In this document: piece by piece, positions 1 through 12,414 of the stretch
Position numbering within the stretch: the first letter of the stretch is position 1
Layout of the letters: each line of letters opens with the position of its first letter
Assembly: GCA_044892525.1 (NCBI GenBank)
Contig: CM097885.1
Span: 17,796,001-17,860,000, forward strand
Source of the DNA: Schmidtea polychroa
Lineage: Eukaryota
DNA length: 64,000 bases
Direction: 5' to 3'
Made by a program: the position numbers and the translations under genes
Notes under the pieces: model-generated
The model's input: only the letters and a program-made list of their open reading frames with translations
What the model was told of the DNA's origin: nothing
Database searches by the model: none

Positions 1-1
1 T

Positions 2-2680
2 AAAACAGAAACAAACTGGCACATACCTAACGAAATCACAAAACTGATACAAAATGTAGCAAATATAACTAATAAATTAGAAGCAAACAATAACACCAAA
101 TGCATAACCGAACACATAATAATTAGCAACGGAAACCCAGTCCATGCAAAAGTCAGACAGTTAGACAAAAATAAACTCGAGATAACTAAGAAAATATTCG
201 ACGAACTACTAGAAAATCAAATCGTCAAACACTCAAACTCAAACTGGTCATCAGCCCTCATGCTTAAAGAAAAGGCAAACGGCGAATGGCGAGCCTGCGG
301 AGACTACAGAGCATTAAACAATATCACAACAGCCGACAAATACCCAATCCCAATAATAAACGATATCATCAACAGATTTAACAAACCCAAAATTTTCAGC
401 AAAATCGATTTACAAAAAGCCTATCATCAAATTCCCGTCAGAACTGAAGACATAAAGAAAACAGCAATCATCACACCCATAGGACTGTTCGAGTATAACA
501 AAATGCCTTTCGGATTAAAAAATGCTGCAGCCACTTTCCAACGCTTCATGGACCAAATATTACGAAATCAACAGAACACAGTCGCATACCTTGACGACAT
601 TCTGATAGCATCTGCAAACAAAACAGAACATATACAAAATATTAAAAATGTGTTCGAAATATTAAGCAAACACGAGCTAAAAATTAACATAAAAAAATGT
701 GAATTTCTGAAAACAGAAATAAAATTCCTGGGACACATGTTAAACGAAAACGGAACAAGACCTTTAGACGACAAAATCAAAGCAATCAAAAATTACCCCC
801 TACCCAAAACTACTAAAGAGCTAAGACGTTTCCTTGGAATGATCAATTTCTATCACAAATACATACCAAGATGTAGTGAAATGCTAGCCCCTCTCAATGA
901 ACTGAACAAAATAAAGAGAAACATCAAAATAGATTGGAACGAAAAACTAATAACAGCGTTCGAGCAGGCAAAAGAAAATCTGAAAAATGCAAGCATCCTA
1001 AACTATCCCAACCAAGATTTACCATACATAGTCAACACAGATTGTTCGGGAGTAGCAATGGGCGGAACGATATTCCAAGAAGAAAATAACGAAAAAAGAC
1101 CAATAGCCTTCTTCTCAAAGAAACTCAAAACTCACCAAATGAGATACTCCACTTTTGACAGGGAGTTATTAGCGTTACATGATACAATCAGACATTTCCA
1201 ATACTTTTTGGAAGGAAAAGATTTCGAAGTGTATACCGACCATAAACCCTTAATAAACGCAATGAACATGAAAAATCCTTCACCGAGACAAATAAGACAA
1301 TTAAACTATATTTCACAATTTAATTGCAAAATAAAATACATAGCAGGTTCTGCTAACATAAGTGCAGATGCATTATCAAGAATAGAAACTGACATAAATG
1401 CACTTAACATAACACCCATCATAGAGTTAGAAAAGTTAAAAACTAAACAAAAAGAAACAACAATCGAAACTCCAAGGATGAATTCACTCCATCTGGAAGA
1501 AATAGACGGCATATGGTACGACACTTCAAATGACAATAACAAAAGGATTGTAGTACCAGCAGAACTGCGCGATCAATACCTCCAAAAATATCACAACATC
1601 TACCATCCGGGAAACAAAGCCACATACGAACTTCTGCATACCAAAGTTGTTTGGCCTTATATGAGAAGGGACGTAAAAATATTCGTAAAAAATTGCCCAC
1701 AGTGTCAAAAGAATAAAATAACAACAAAACAATTCAAAACAACAATTGTACAATTCCCAAGTTCTGAACCGTTCGAAACGATACATATCGACATAGTCGG
1801 CCCTCTACCTCCAAATAATAAACACAAGTACTTATTAACTATAATAGATCGAAAAACAAATTGGTTCGAAGCCATTCCCATAAAGGAAATATCAGCAGCA
1901 AAAATATGCAGTAAATTAGAATTAAACTGGTTCGCCCGGTATGGCTGCCCAAAGACAATAATCAGCGATCAGGGTAGGCAATTTGAATCCGACATTTTCA
2001 AAGGACTTTGCAACAAATATAACATCAACAAAACCAGAACAACAGCATACAATCCACAATCAAACGGAAAAGTCGAGAGATTACACCGATCATTAAAACA
2101 AGCAATCAGAACAAAAACAAATAATAACAACAACTGGTTAGAAAAATTACCAGAAATACTAATAGGATTACGAAACAACCCTTCAAGCCTAAACAACAAA
2201 AGCCCTAGCCAATCAGTTTTTGGACACCATACAAACCTACCAAACTTAAAGGACGAAAACGAAAACAAGATAAAAACTACCGCCAAAGAATCACAAATAC
2301 CCATACTAAAAAGTATTCTAAAAAACAAAAATAATAATAAAACCCAAAACCAAACAGAACTAATAATAGACATGGTTTTAGTAAAGAAACCCTTCACTAG
2401 CGGATTTGAAACAAAGTACGAAGGCCCATACAAACTGTTAAATATGTATAAAAACGTTGGCACAATTTTAAAAGACAATAAACAAATCAAAATAAACATA
2501 CGCAGATTAAAACCATATCACGAAAACAACCACCCAAAGTACAAAACTCAAGAACGAACAGAAATACAGACAAACCAGAAACACATCAGATTCAGCGAAA
2601 AAGACTTAACAAAAATTTTTGACAAGAACACAACAATCTCACCAGAATACAAAAAGCGTTATAGCGATTGCCTCAAATAA
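2..2680 (+). CDS. pol: Ty3/Gypsy LTR retrotransposon pol (RT-RNase H-integrase), 5'-partial, uninterrupted
   Basis: Frame open from base 2. RT motifs CGDYRALN, FSKIDLQKAYHQI, MPFGLKNA, YLDDILI; RNase H TDCS...DRELLA...YTDHKPL; integrase HHCC (H..HPG..CPQC), HIDIVGP, ISDQG, NGKVER; GPY motif. Confidence 0.96.
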   Translation, partial: KTETNWHIPNEITKLIQNVANITNKLEANNNTKCITEHIIISNGNPVHAKVRQLDKNKLEITKKIFDELLENQIVKHSNSNWSSALMLKEKANGEWRACGDYRALNNITTADKYPIPIINDIINRFNKPKIFSKIDLQKAYHQIPVRTEDIKKTAIITPIGLFEYNKMPFGLKNAAATFQRFMDQILRNQQNTVAYLDDILIASANKTEHIQNIKNVFEILSKHELKINIKKCEFLKTEIKFLGHMLNENGTRPLDDKIKAIKNYPLPKTTKELRRFLGMINFYHKYIPRCSEMLAPLNELNKIKRNIKIDWNEKLITAFEQAKENLKNASILNYPNQDLPYIVNTDCSGVAMGGTIFQEENNEKRPIAFFSKKLKTHQMRYSTFDRELLALHDTIRHFQYFLEGKDFEVYTDHKPLINAMNMKNPSPRQIRQLNYISQFNCKIKYIAGSANISADALSRIETDINALNITPIIELEKLKTKQKETTIETPRMNSLHLEEIDGIWYDTSNDNNKRIVVPAELRDQYLQKYHNIYHPGNKATYELLHTKVVWPYMRRDVKIFVKNCPQCQKNKITTKQFKTTIVQFPSSEPFETIHIDIVGPLPPNNKHKYLLTIIDRKTNWFEAIPIKEISAAKICSKLELNWFARYGCPKTIISDQGRQFESDIFKGLCNKYNINKTRTTAYNPQSNGKVERLHRSLKQAIRTKTNNNNNWLEKLPEILIGLRNNPSSLNNKSPSQSVFGHHTNLPNLKDENENKIKTTAKESQIPILKSILKNKNNNKTQNQTELIIDMVLVKKPFTSGFETKYEGPYKLLNMYKNVGTILKDNKQIKINIRRLKPYHENNHPKYKTQERTEIQTNQKHIRFSEKDLTKIFDKNTTISPEYKKRYSDCLK

Positions 2681-2842
2681 ACAATACATGCACCCACAAA
2701 ATTTAGTTGTACAATTTTTATAATGTGCTAGTTGTAAAACACAAAACATAAACACAACTAAATCATCACAAAACACAACAACATATGCTTTATCTTATCT
2801 CTGTAAATATGTAAAGCTGTTTAAATGTTAACCTCCGGTTCT

Positions 2843-2940
2843 AAAGGGGGAAGTTCTGTAATGTATTGTGATTCTCTGTTTTTTTTGGTTTTGTTAATCA
2901 CATTGTATGAATGTAATAAACAATTCTGCACGCTGTACGT
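2843..2940 (+). repeat. Polypurine tract and start of 3' LTR of the Gypsy element
   Basis: AAAGGGGGAAG at 2843-2853 followed by TGTAATG at 2857, downstream of the pol stop; LTR end not determinable without the 5' copy. Confidence 0.55.
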
Positions 2941-3641
2941 GGAGAAGGTTTTTATTTTATTTAAAAAAATAAATAAACTATATAGTGATAATTTACCATA
3001 GTAAATTATCACTATAGAAAAATGACAAATTAATAAAATCAATAAGAAAATTTTAAAAAAAACAAAAACTCCAGAAGATTAAATCAAATTGAACAACTGA
3101 AGAATTAGAATTATCAGCGCTATATTAAATTGAAGAATTGGAAGATATTTTCTTTCCCGTACTCTTTGAACGATCGAAAAGAAAACTAAACAGAAATATA
3201 GACCCCAAGAAAATAGAAAAAGACAAATACACAACCGATAATTTTGTAACAAGTGACAACTGATATACTTTCCTACCAAATTCCTGTTCAGTTCAAATTC
3301 TACAACAACATCCATTACCTATTCTTATATTCCCTAAACAATCAAAAAGAAAACTAAATAGAAATATAAATTCGAAAATAAGGAACGAATACCCAACTAT
3401 TAAAATCGAGTCAAGAGACAATTGATATACTTTTCTATCCTCACTCAAGGTTTTTTAATTTGGTTAAATAAAAGTTTTAGATTAATATACTATTGTTTAT
3501 ATTATTTTTATTTGCTTTATTGTTACACAACACGCACCCCGATAGTCCCAACACATTTTTCTTACCGGTGACTCTATCGGGTCCTTCAAATTTCTAGCAT
3601 AGCACACCACAATAATATAATAATACAACAATCAACCTAAC

Positions 3642-3687
<46 letters not shown>

Positions 3688-3689
3688 TA

Positions 3690-3755
3690 TTGCGACATTT
3701 TGAGTGTGAGTTATTCCCCTGTAAATAATCCTCTTAGGGGGATAAAATATCTTGT

Positions 3756-3798
<43 letters not shown>

Positions 3799-4053
3799 GG
3801 TCAATTAATAATATTTTTAAAAGTAATAATAATTTTTTGATGACTCATACGACCTTGAGAATGACCTTGAATGGGTCATAAGACCTTAAATGAGTCATCG
3901 GCGAGTCATGGTCTTTGTTTAAATTACCTTGATGAGTCATATGCCTTTGTTTAAAATTTGACCTTGAAAAAAAAATTCCAATTTTTTGCCTGGGGGTAGG
4001 GGTCTTTGTCCTTGCGGGTTCGTGGTTTCACAGGCTCACGTCTCTGAACTACT
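3690..4053 (+). mobile_element. Right-end fragment of a related Polinton (subterminal region plus TIR remnant)
   Basis: 3690-3760 resembles 52120-52190; 3835-3975 carries the same TGACTCAT/TGACCTTG/TCTTTGTTTAAA repeats as the right TIR at 52510-52820; ends in CTACT (4049-4053). Confidence 0.75.
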
Positions 4054-5977
4054 TGGATGTATCAGCTTGAATAAACATGGTTTTCTTAAATTGATACTTG
4101 AAAATTCTCAACGTAAATTAATAAAAAGTGAATTATTAATGATTCAAATTATTTATTAACTTTATCTTTATGATATTTTATATATAAATATTTTTATAAA
4201 AAATTTTTAAAATGAAAAAAAACGTGTGCTAATTTATTCTTTTTTCATTGATTAAAATAAAACTGTTGTCAATATTCAAATAAAATAAAATTTAATTTAT
4301 ATAGACGGAATTCTGTTACTATTATCGTCGGCAAAACCGAATGATAATGTAAATATTTGTCTAACCTAAATCTCATCATAATTTAGAACTATTTATAAGA
4401 TTTTGAAAGTTATTCTATTTTCAACACAAATTTACTCTTCTATTTATGATATGTCAATTCTGTTTATCATTGTAAAACCATCAACAGTGATCTTTGCTTC
4501 ACATTTCAGGCGCGACCGATTGTTCATTTTTAAACTTACATTACTTAAAATAAAGTAATTAGTGTTTGATGTAATGAATTTCTTCTTTCTTTTTATTATT
4601 TTTAAACGCTTATTGCAACAATGGATAAATAGTTGAAAAGAACTCTTAGTAAAAGACATACTACTGACAATGAAAAGGAAAAATAAAAAGAAAAGAATAA
4701 TATGTGGCAGAAAAACAGATAGTTTGAAAAAACGATTACTTACGATTACTTATTGCAACTCTTCGGGATGAACACCACTTTTACAATAAAACTTGGAATT
4801 CACAACAACTTGATTATTGTTTCTGGTTTCGATGATCAGTAGATTAGATCTGGTTGCTTCTTAAATTTAACTTGAATTTACTCGATATCTTTAATTCGTT
4901 TTAAATCGTTTCTCGGATAACTTTTTAATTCAATTTGGGTTTCGTTTTAAATCTGTTTTCTTCTTTTCTATACAACTTCTGTTTTTGATTCAGGTTGTTT
5001 TTCTTTTTATCGTCTGTTACTGATATTGACTTCAGTTTAGATACCTTCCTCCAGTACATTCCCTTCAGTCATCTACAATTCTTCAATAATCCCTGAAAGC
5101 TGTCGAGATAAAATTTTTAGAAGACGCTATCACCTTAATAATTTATTTGTTTTGTTATTGGGGGTTTCTCCTTCGTGACAGTTTTCACGTTTATTTTTCC
5201 ATGTGTTTTGGTTTTCGTATGCCTTGCAGATTGTGTGGGAATATTTAATTATTTATTTTGTCGGCGATATTGGTTTCTAAATCTGTGTAGTTACTTCCTG
5301 CAAGCACACGCCTGATTTCTGACGTCATTGCTTTCACAACTAAATCATTTTAAAATTCTTTTGACCCAACGCTGGTTATTTCAAACCGAACATATTTTAG
5401 TTTTGCCTTTAAATTTCTTAGGAACGTGATGGGTTTGTTGTACGCCAGTTATTTATCTTTTAAGTGAGATTTTAAAGCTCCTTCCTGTTTATTTCGTTTT
5501 GTAATAGGGCCTTATGCGGTTTTCCAAATAGACCATCTTATGTAATGTTATCGATTTTGTCCACTATTTCGTTATGTTACTTGGTAGTGCAGCAAATCAA
5601 AATGAGAATAATTATTTTTAGTATTTTATGACCAATAAGGTTAAAGTTTTCTTGGAGAACTCTAACCAGTTAAAAAATTTAGGACGTTTGCTTTAAAATT
5701 AATTAAGGTACTTATTGTGTGTGATTCGTTTGGGTTAAAAAATAGTTCATGTTTTTTCTGAGTTTGAATTACTTCCGTAGTTTCTGTAGGACATTTTGTT
5801 ATTTTATGTTGCGCAGAAAGTTCGTTAAAAGGATATGGTTTACTGTGTATAGTCAACAGTGTCGCTATCTTTGATAACATCAATAATAATAATAATAATA
5901 ATAATTAGAAATAAAAATTGTTTGAATAAATATAATACAAAATTTGTAATAAAAAGGATTTCGAAAAATTTTGAAAA

Positions 5978-6198
5978 GGTATGAGTCATAAAAATTTTTT
6001 GCTGGGGGGTTACATGTCTTTGTTCTAACTTAGAAAAATATGTGACTCGTGCTTTTTACCTGACATGATGGGTTTGAACCGCTGTAGAACAAAGACCATG
6101 AGTCATACACAAACATGATACACCCTCTACACGATGAGTCATCACTGGAAAGTGATGAGTCACAGTTCTTTGTGCCAGCGGGCTCACATCTGCCTACT
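5978..6198 (+). mobile_element. Second Polinton-type right terminus remnant
   Basis: ATGAGTCA repeats and terminal TGCCAGCGGGCTCACATCTGCCTACT resembling TGCCAGCGGTGCCCAATCCATCTACT at 52877-52902. Confidence 0.6.
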
Positions 6199-7729
6199 AT
6201 GATAAGTATTCTGGAAGGCGTAGACTAAAAAATATTCGCGACCTGAAGCTTCATTTTTGGCCTTCTATTAAAAATTGTGTTATATAAATCTAGAATAAAT
6301 ATTTGTTCTTGAATGGAGCATGTTGGACCAAATCCAGTCACCAATAAAAAACGTGTCTAGGTTGGGATGAATGTTATTTTAGCTAGATCAAAAATAATAA
6401 CGAAACTGTTAAATTACTCATGGGTCTAATAATACAATTAAATAAAAAAATATTCAAGGCCGAAACATCTTCTAATTTACTTATTCCTTGCATTAATTAT
6501 TTTTACATAATTTAATCACAGAAAACCAAGAAGCAGCTCAGTCTTAAATGCTTCAATAACAGTTAATTCTGGGATAGAAAAAATAACTTGTTTCTTCAAT
6601 TTAGTGATCAATTTTTAATTGTGATCCTACGACCGAAACAACATTAAGAACAAAAGATCGAGACAATATGAGCTTGATAGATTAATTTAACATTAACCAC
6701 CAAATCAAACCAGATCAACTATCAAATTGAAACAATTATTGATGTATGCTAACATAATAAATTCTATAATGAATATCCTAAACAACAAATGAACAAAGTT
6801 TAACAAACAAAACAAACAGTAATAATAATAAATTGGAATATTCAAACAATCTGATAAAATAATTAAATTGCCAATAAATAACTTTTAATATTGATGAAAA
6901 ATAAATACCAATGTTAATGAGTTTATTACTGTTGACATTTCCAATTTTTGTAATAATTATTTTAATTTATTATTTTAATTATTTGCTTTGAAAAATATAA
7001 GAAATTTTAATAATCTGAATTATGATAAAATTTTTGGAATTAATTAACAACCTAAATTTAAATAAATTCTTTGAATAACTTATAATCAATTTAATAAACA
7101 ACTTTAAATTTAATAATGATATTTTAAAAACAGAGTGCAATTTATTTTTCGATTTAAATTACAATAACCTACAATTTTTGTTTAAATTCTATACTTTAAA
7201 CTCTTCTAGTTTTGGAACTGGAGGAAAATCGCTTAGACAAATGAACAACAAATTAACTGTTCAACAACGACTATCAACGCTGCCTTCCCAAGAATGCCAC
7301 CATTCATATGTACCCAATTATATCACAAAATAGATATGCGCTATTATACATAAGCAGTAAAGTCCATCTTAAAACAGAATAAGAATATAAAAACGTCACC
7401 AAACTATTATAAATGTGAAATCCTAGTTTCAATAAACATCCTATTATGAAAAGAGAATACTAGACCAGACAGTCGCCAAAATAATGAAAATCTAACAAAT
7501 GCAACCCACACTGAAAGTCAGCCTGAAAACCTGGCCGATACCTCCAATTAAAATGACTAATTTGAACTCCAATACTACCACTAACACATTGAAACTAAAA
7601 CTAGTGTCGGGATCATGCGATTTGTGCGATCCACTGGAAACAGTTCCTGGTATTGTCTCGGTAGTACCTCCCTATTGACATGCGGGCCGTTTGTCCCTTG
7701 AAATCTTATGGTCTCGTGCTGCTTGATCC

Positions 7730-8300
7730 TACAGTTCACGCATCTGCATTACTTTCAACTTTTTCATGGTATCCAGCTGAAACCAAGTTGCTTTCACCTT
7801 TTTGCACCATGATTTAAGCTTGTCCATCCTCGCTTGATTTTCGTTCACTTGTCTAGCAGACATGCTCAAATTCATTATAATAAGAAATATTAAAATGATA
7901 AATCCCTGGAACAGTACTTTGTGTTTACTCAGTAGTTGTTCCCACACTAATTATTTCGCTTAGCGGAGTCCTTGCAAGATCATGAACTGACTCCATGCTA
8001 TCCTTACTGGTAAAAGTCTATTAAAATTACGGATACTTCTTCCCAGATGCTTCGAGTCGAATTGTCATATCATTAACCTCGATGGTCATTTTAGTTGCTG
8101 CTACTCCTACGTTTAATGTATCTAACAAATGCTTATCGATGTTTTATTACTTCACAAGTTTCCACAAGGATCTGCTCTCATAATTTTGTTTTAAAGTTTT
8201 ATATACGTTTTGTTATGATCACATTATTCACCAGAGTTTTTGACTCTTGGGTAGGAATTTGTCTCATTATCTGTTTTTTAAATAGAATTCATACGTTAGC
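7730..8300 (-). pseudogene. Degenerate non-LTR (LINE-type) reverse transcriptase fragment
   Basis: Translation QARMDKLKSWCKK...FQLDT.KK.KVM resembles the LINE RT C-terminal Q.DL..L..W...W...FN..K.KVM motif; heavily eroded. Confidence 0.35.
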
Positions 8301-8337
8301 GATGAATCTAGGAAATGTTTAGTTTCAAACTCTAAAC

Positions 8338-8427
8338 CAGGTTTGTCCAACCCGCGGGTTACATGCGGCCCAAGACTGCTATGAATGCGGCCCAACGACA
8401 AATCGTAAACTTCCATAAATTATGAGT
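8338..8427 (+). mobile_element. hAT (Charlie/MER30-like) transposon terminus
   Basis: CAGGTTTGTCCAACCCGCGG...CATGCGGCCCA...GAATGCGGCCCAAC...CGTAAACTT...TTATGAG, preceded by CTCTAAAC, which fits the Charlie nTCTAGAn-like target; other end not found. Confidence 0.6.
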
Positions 8428-8933
8428 GATTTCGGCTGCAAATACCATTAATAACACTAAAAATAAAACTTCAACTTAATGAAGCTATTAATTTATAATA
8501 ATTCATAAAATTATTCTCAAACAATCTCTAATCATTCTGTTAGTGCTGTTGCGTTTAATCTTCAATGTGCTCTTGTACCAGTGTTACACTTGTACCACGG
8601 GATTTTTAAGTCTAAAGCACGTGGTAACTCGCTTTTCTGATATCTGGCAAACAGCCAGTGCTACCGTTTCAGTACAATTGTACTGAATCCAGTACATTTT
8701 TATGAGATTCAGTACGTGAGTACAATATTTTGAAATATGTGCATTTTTCAGTACATTTTTGTGCTTCTGAAATTTTTATAAATAAAATTTAAAAAATTTT
8801 TTACTAATCTTAAAACCTGTTAATAAATTTTAGAATTTGATATAACGAAAGTATTTTTATTTGATCTTTTACACGTATTGATAATACACTGTCAGCTACG
8901 AGATTAGCCGTTAAATTTAATCATCATTATTAT

Positions 8934-9205
8934 TGTTGGGGTACCGCTCGGTTGACTCAAACCACTTTAACTTCTTGTCTAAGGGATGATTATCCATTCC
9001 ACATACTTCATCCGCCATTTTGTCAACTCGGAGCAGAACCCTGCACAATCTATACTCCAACATAGTACCCGTGAATTACTTCACGTTGGTAATGTACTAT
9101 GTCGGCGAGACGCCAGAAAGTAGGTGAGCCCCTGCCTTAGGACTATTCCTTTCTGAGGCCTCGACTTCCTTTTCTCGACTGCCGATAGAAGGGCTTACGT
9201 CTATC
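8934..9205 (-). repeat. Diverged solo-LTR-like copy related to the LTR at 20064-20611
   Basis: Reverse complement shares GACGTAAG.CCTTC.ATCGGC.GTC, GCTCACCT, TCGCC and ACCAAC blocks with the LTR and ends in CCAACA at 8934. Confidence 0.55.
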
Positions 9206-10139
9206 TATCCTATCAATCCTTTCACTGTGTCTAAGCTGGATACAAATGTTTAGTGCACCATCGAACCTCAAGAGCTCCCTCATACGTTTATGGAAAATTT
9301 ACATCAAGACATCGCGTAAAAGAATTACTCGAGAACAAAAGAAGGGTTTATTTGACAATAATGATATAATAAACACAAAACCAATTTACACTCAATATAT
9401 GTACGTCGACATCCAAAAAGGAAAATAACAATAGTTCATTGCTAATGTTCACTAACAAAACTGTCACTCCGCAGCGGGACTCTCACTTTTCCCATTCGGT
9501 GTCAGCTAACAGTTCCTCCAAGTCGAAAAATTCCGATGCATTTTCTTCCCAGGTTACGCCAGCAGCAGAGATGATACGCCCTGGGATCCCTGTTGTCAAA
9601 TCAATTATAGTGGCAGTATTATAATATTCCGATAAGAAAAGAAAACGGGTCGGCGGGCAAGAGAAATTCCCCCAGACGATCGATCTTTATCTTTGTATAT
9701 TAATTACCTACAGAAAACCGGTCGAAATCCTACGAAACTATTCAGAGGATATCTATTATTCTTGTTTTGGCGATAGCGAATTCGAACGAACAAATCTTAT
9801 GCTCTGTTTTATCTACAGGTATCTCGAGAATATTCTTTCGATGTAATAAAAGATTTTTGTGCATATTGTCTCGTTACTTAAATATTATTACCGTTTCCTG
9901 TACAGTTATAATAATGCAAGAGTAAGTGTCCTAAAAACAGATTTGCTACTATAATCAAGATGTGAATAACAATTTCGAAATGGGAAAACAATTTGAAAAT
10001 AGATGATGGTTGATTTGCTACGGTAAACCAAAGATCTAGACCTACGGTTGATGATAATAAGGGATTTCGAAGTACGATGACTACGATTTGTAGAATCATT
10101 ATAGATGTAAATTTTGTAGCCCCCTCAATCACTGTGAAT

Positions 10140-10760
10140 TACCTCTCTACCTTCAAATTCGAATTCATTTTTCACCTTTTCTTCAACCGTTCTTTGTAAA
10201 TTTTTGGCGCTCTTCAGTGACGGACCCGTGAGGAAGCCCCCACATTACGGCCGAATCAACTGCATAATTGAAAGGTTTCATGCCAACCGGCTGAGCACCC
10301 GAAGGCCCCTCACACCATGGCATGAAACGTCTCAACTCCACGTTCCTCATTGAAAGTTTTGTCATAACAAATAAAAATCAAAATCATAAATATATATCGT
10401 GAAAGTCTTAGTTACTATTATAATTCAAATTTAAACATTTTAAGTATTAGCATCATTTAGATTTATGGTTATCGAAAAAGATCAAATGAAGAGAAAAATC
10501 GAAAAGTAAAATTTTTAATTTAATTATATACTAAATAATCAAAATTTGAAATGAGTCGAAAAAAAAGTCGAAATGAGTGAGTTGATTGTACTTCTTGAAA
10601 TGTTCCGAATTTGTCTCTAGTGCTTGCTGATCCTTGAATAGTCTAAATGTCCGTGAAGTGCTGATAGTTTTCGTAACTACGAGTTTTTAAATTTAACCGT
10701 CTAATGATTTTTTACAATTTACTTACCTACGAGTTTTTAAATTTAACCGTAATTATAATG
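10140..10760 (-). mobile_element. Fragment of a Polinton-related transcription unit (homologous to 19900-20040 and 14400-15030)
   Basis: ~130-nt block aligns with 19910-20035; upstream duplicated 24-mer CTACGAGTTTTTAAATTTAACCGT parallels the duplicated blocks at 14900-14975 and 55928-56010. Confidence 0.5.
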
Positions 10761-10762
10761 AT

Positions 10763-11656
10763 TTTAGTGTCTGCTTATATACAAATTTTTCATGTATGGA
10801 ATGTTTGGAACATGACATAACCTTCCTATATGACCTTCTTTCCCAAAACCAAAACATCTAGACACCTTTTTATCTGGACAATTCGTACTTATATGTCCGC
10901 TTCTGTGACACGTCCAGCACTCTGTCTTACTTCGTACTGGACATTCTATTTTCGTGTTGCCTATTTTGTGGCATAGCCAGCACTCTGGTTCTTCTCGTCG
11001 CTTTCTTCTTATCTTTCATCTTTCTGCTTGTACTGTCCTCTTCTGTGTGGATCCTGATAGACCACTCTTCCATAACTTTTCATAGCGTTGATCTTCACTT
11101 TATTCATCAGAATTAATGTTTCCTTTATCTCCTATGTGCTTTTTATCTCCCTGAATATTACTTCTTTCTTCACTTCTTTATTCTCAGCACATACTATCAA
11201 CATCTTTGCTGTTATTTTCTCTTTGGTGAATTCTTTATTCTCAAACAACCTGTCAATAAGGTCCTTCACTTTTTTTAAATATGTTTCAATCTCTTCGCAT
11301 CTTCTTTTATAATTCAATAAACTTTCCATATCCTTTATTACGTCTCTTTCGTAATCAAATGCCATTCGTAACCTGGATTGAAATCCTTCTGCTTTTTTAA
11401 CTGTCTTCGCATATTTCTCCAATAAATCCTCGTCGATCATGCATGCAGTCAATCTTTCCTGTTCTTTTTTATTGATGCCTTTAGAATCGAAATAAATCTC
11501 GCATCTTCTAATGAATTTCTCCAAATCATCACCTTGACAGAACACCTTTGGCAATAATCTTTCGGTAATCGCGTCGGTGTTTACCACTGCCACCATTTTA
11601 GGATTCTCATCCGTGAGAACATTAATATCCGTTTTCAAATCATTAAATAATTCCAC
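10763..11656 (-). pseudogene. gag: LTR retrotransposon gag pseudogene with two zinc knuckles
   Basis: ORF 11132-11656 (LPKVFCQGDDLEKFIRRCEIYF) continues past a stop to CWTCHRSGHISTNC and a degenerate CFGFGKEGHIGRLC; truncated, no pol follows. Confidence 0.8.
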
Positions 11657-11746
11657 AAATTTTTTTTAATAAATTATATACTCAAAAACTTGTCTCTTCT
11701 TATTTTTGTTATTTAAACAAATTTCAATTTTTCTTAAAATATTTTT

Positions 11747-12298
11747 AGTAGATGGATTGGGCACCGCTAGCACAGTACCCCTCCCCCCCCCGCCGGTCGT
11801 AAAAATTTTTTCAAGGTCAAATTTTAAACAAAGACATATGGCTCATCAAGGTCATTGAAACAAAGACCATGACTCATCCGATGACTCATCAAATTTCTCA
11901 AGGTCATTTAAACAAAGACCACGCCTCATACTATGACTCATCAAGGTCATTGTCAAGGACATGTGACTCATAATATGACTCATCAATGTCAAAAATTTTT
12001 CAGGGTCATTTAAACAAAGACCCTGACTCATCAAGGTCATTATCAAGGTCACATGACTCATCCAAGGTCATTCTCAAGGCCATATGACCCATCCAAGGTC
12101 ATTCTCAAGGTCATATGACTCATACTATGACTCATCCAAGGTCAAAAAGTTTTCCAAGGTCTTTTCAAGGTCATCTGGGTCATCCTATGACTCATTAAGG
12201 TCGTTTTCAAGGTCGCATGACTCATCCAAGGTCATTCCCAAGGTCATATGAGTCATCTCGATGAGTCATCAAGGTCATATTATTTTTAAAAAATATTA
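11747..12298 (+). repeat. Left terminal inverted repeat of the Polinton
   Basis: Reverse complement of 52488-52902; built of TGACTCA, YCAAGGTCA and AAACAAAGAC sub-repeats. Confidence 0.93.
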
Positions 12299-12414
12299 AA
12301 AATTTCATAATTCACCATACATACGAGATAAAATAAATGGACAACACAAAGAAATGAATTATTACAGCAAAATTTGAGCTATAAATTAACATAGTATTCT
12401 AGATTTAACAAGGA

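Noticed and set aside
4444..4659. CEAKITV as a possible MULE/FLYWCH fragment
   Set aside because: Too short and degenerate to support a call.
11852..12061. ORFs within the TIRs (also 52563-52772)
   Set aside because: Translations of the TGACTCA/AAGGTCA sub-repeats.
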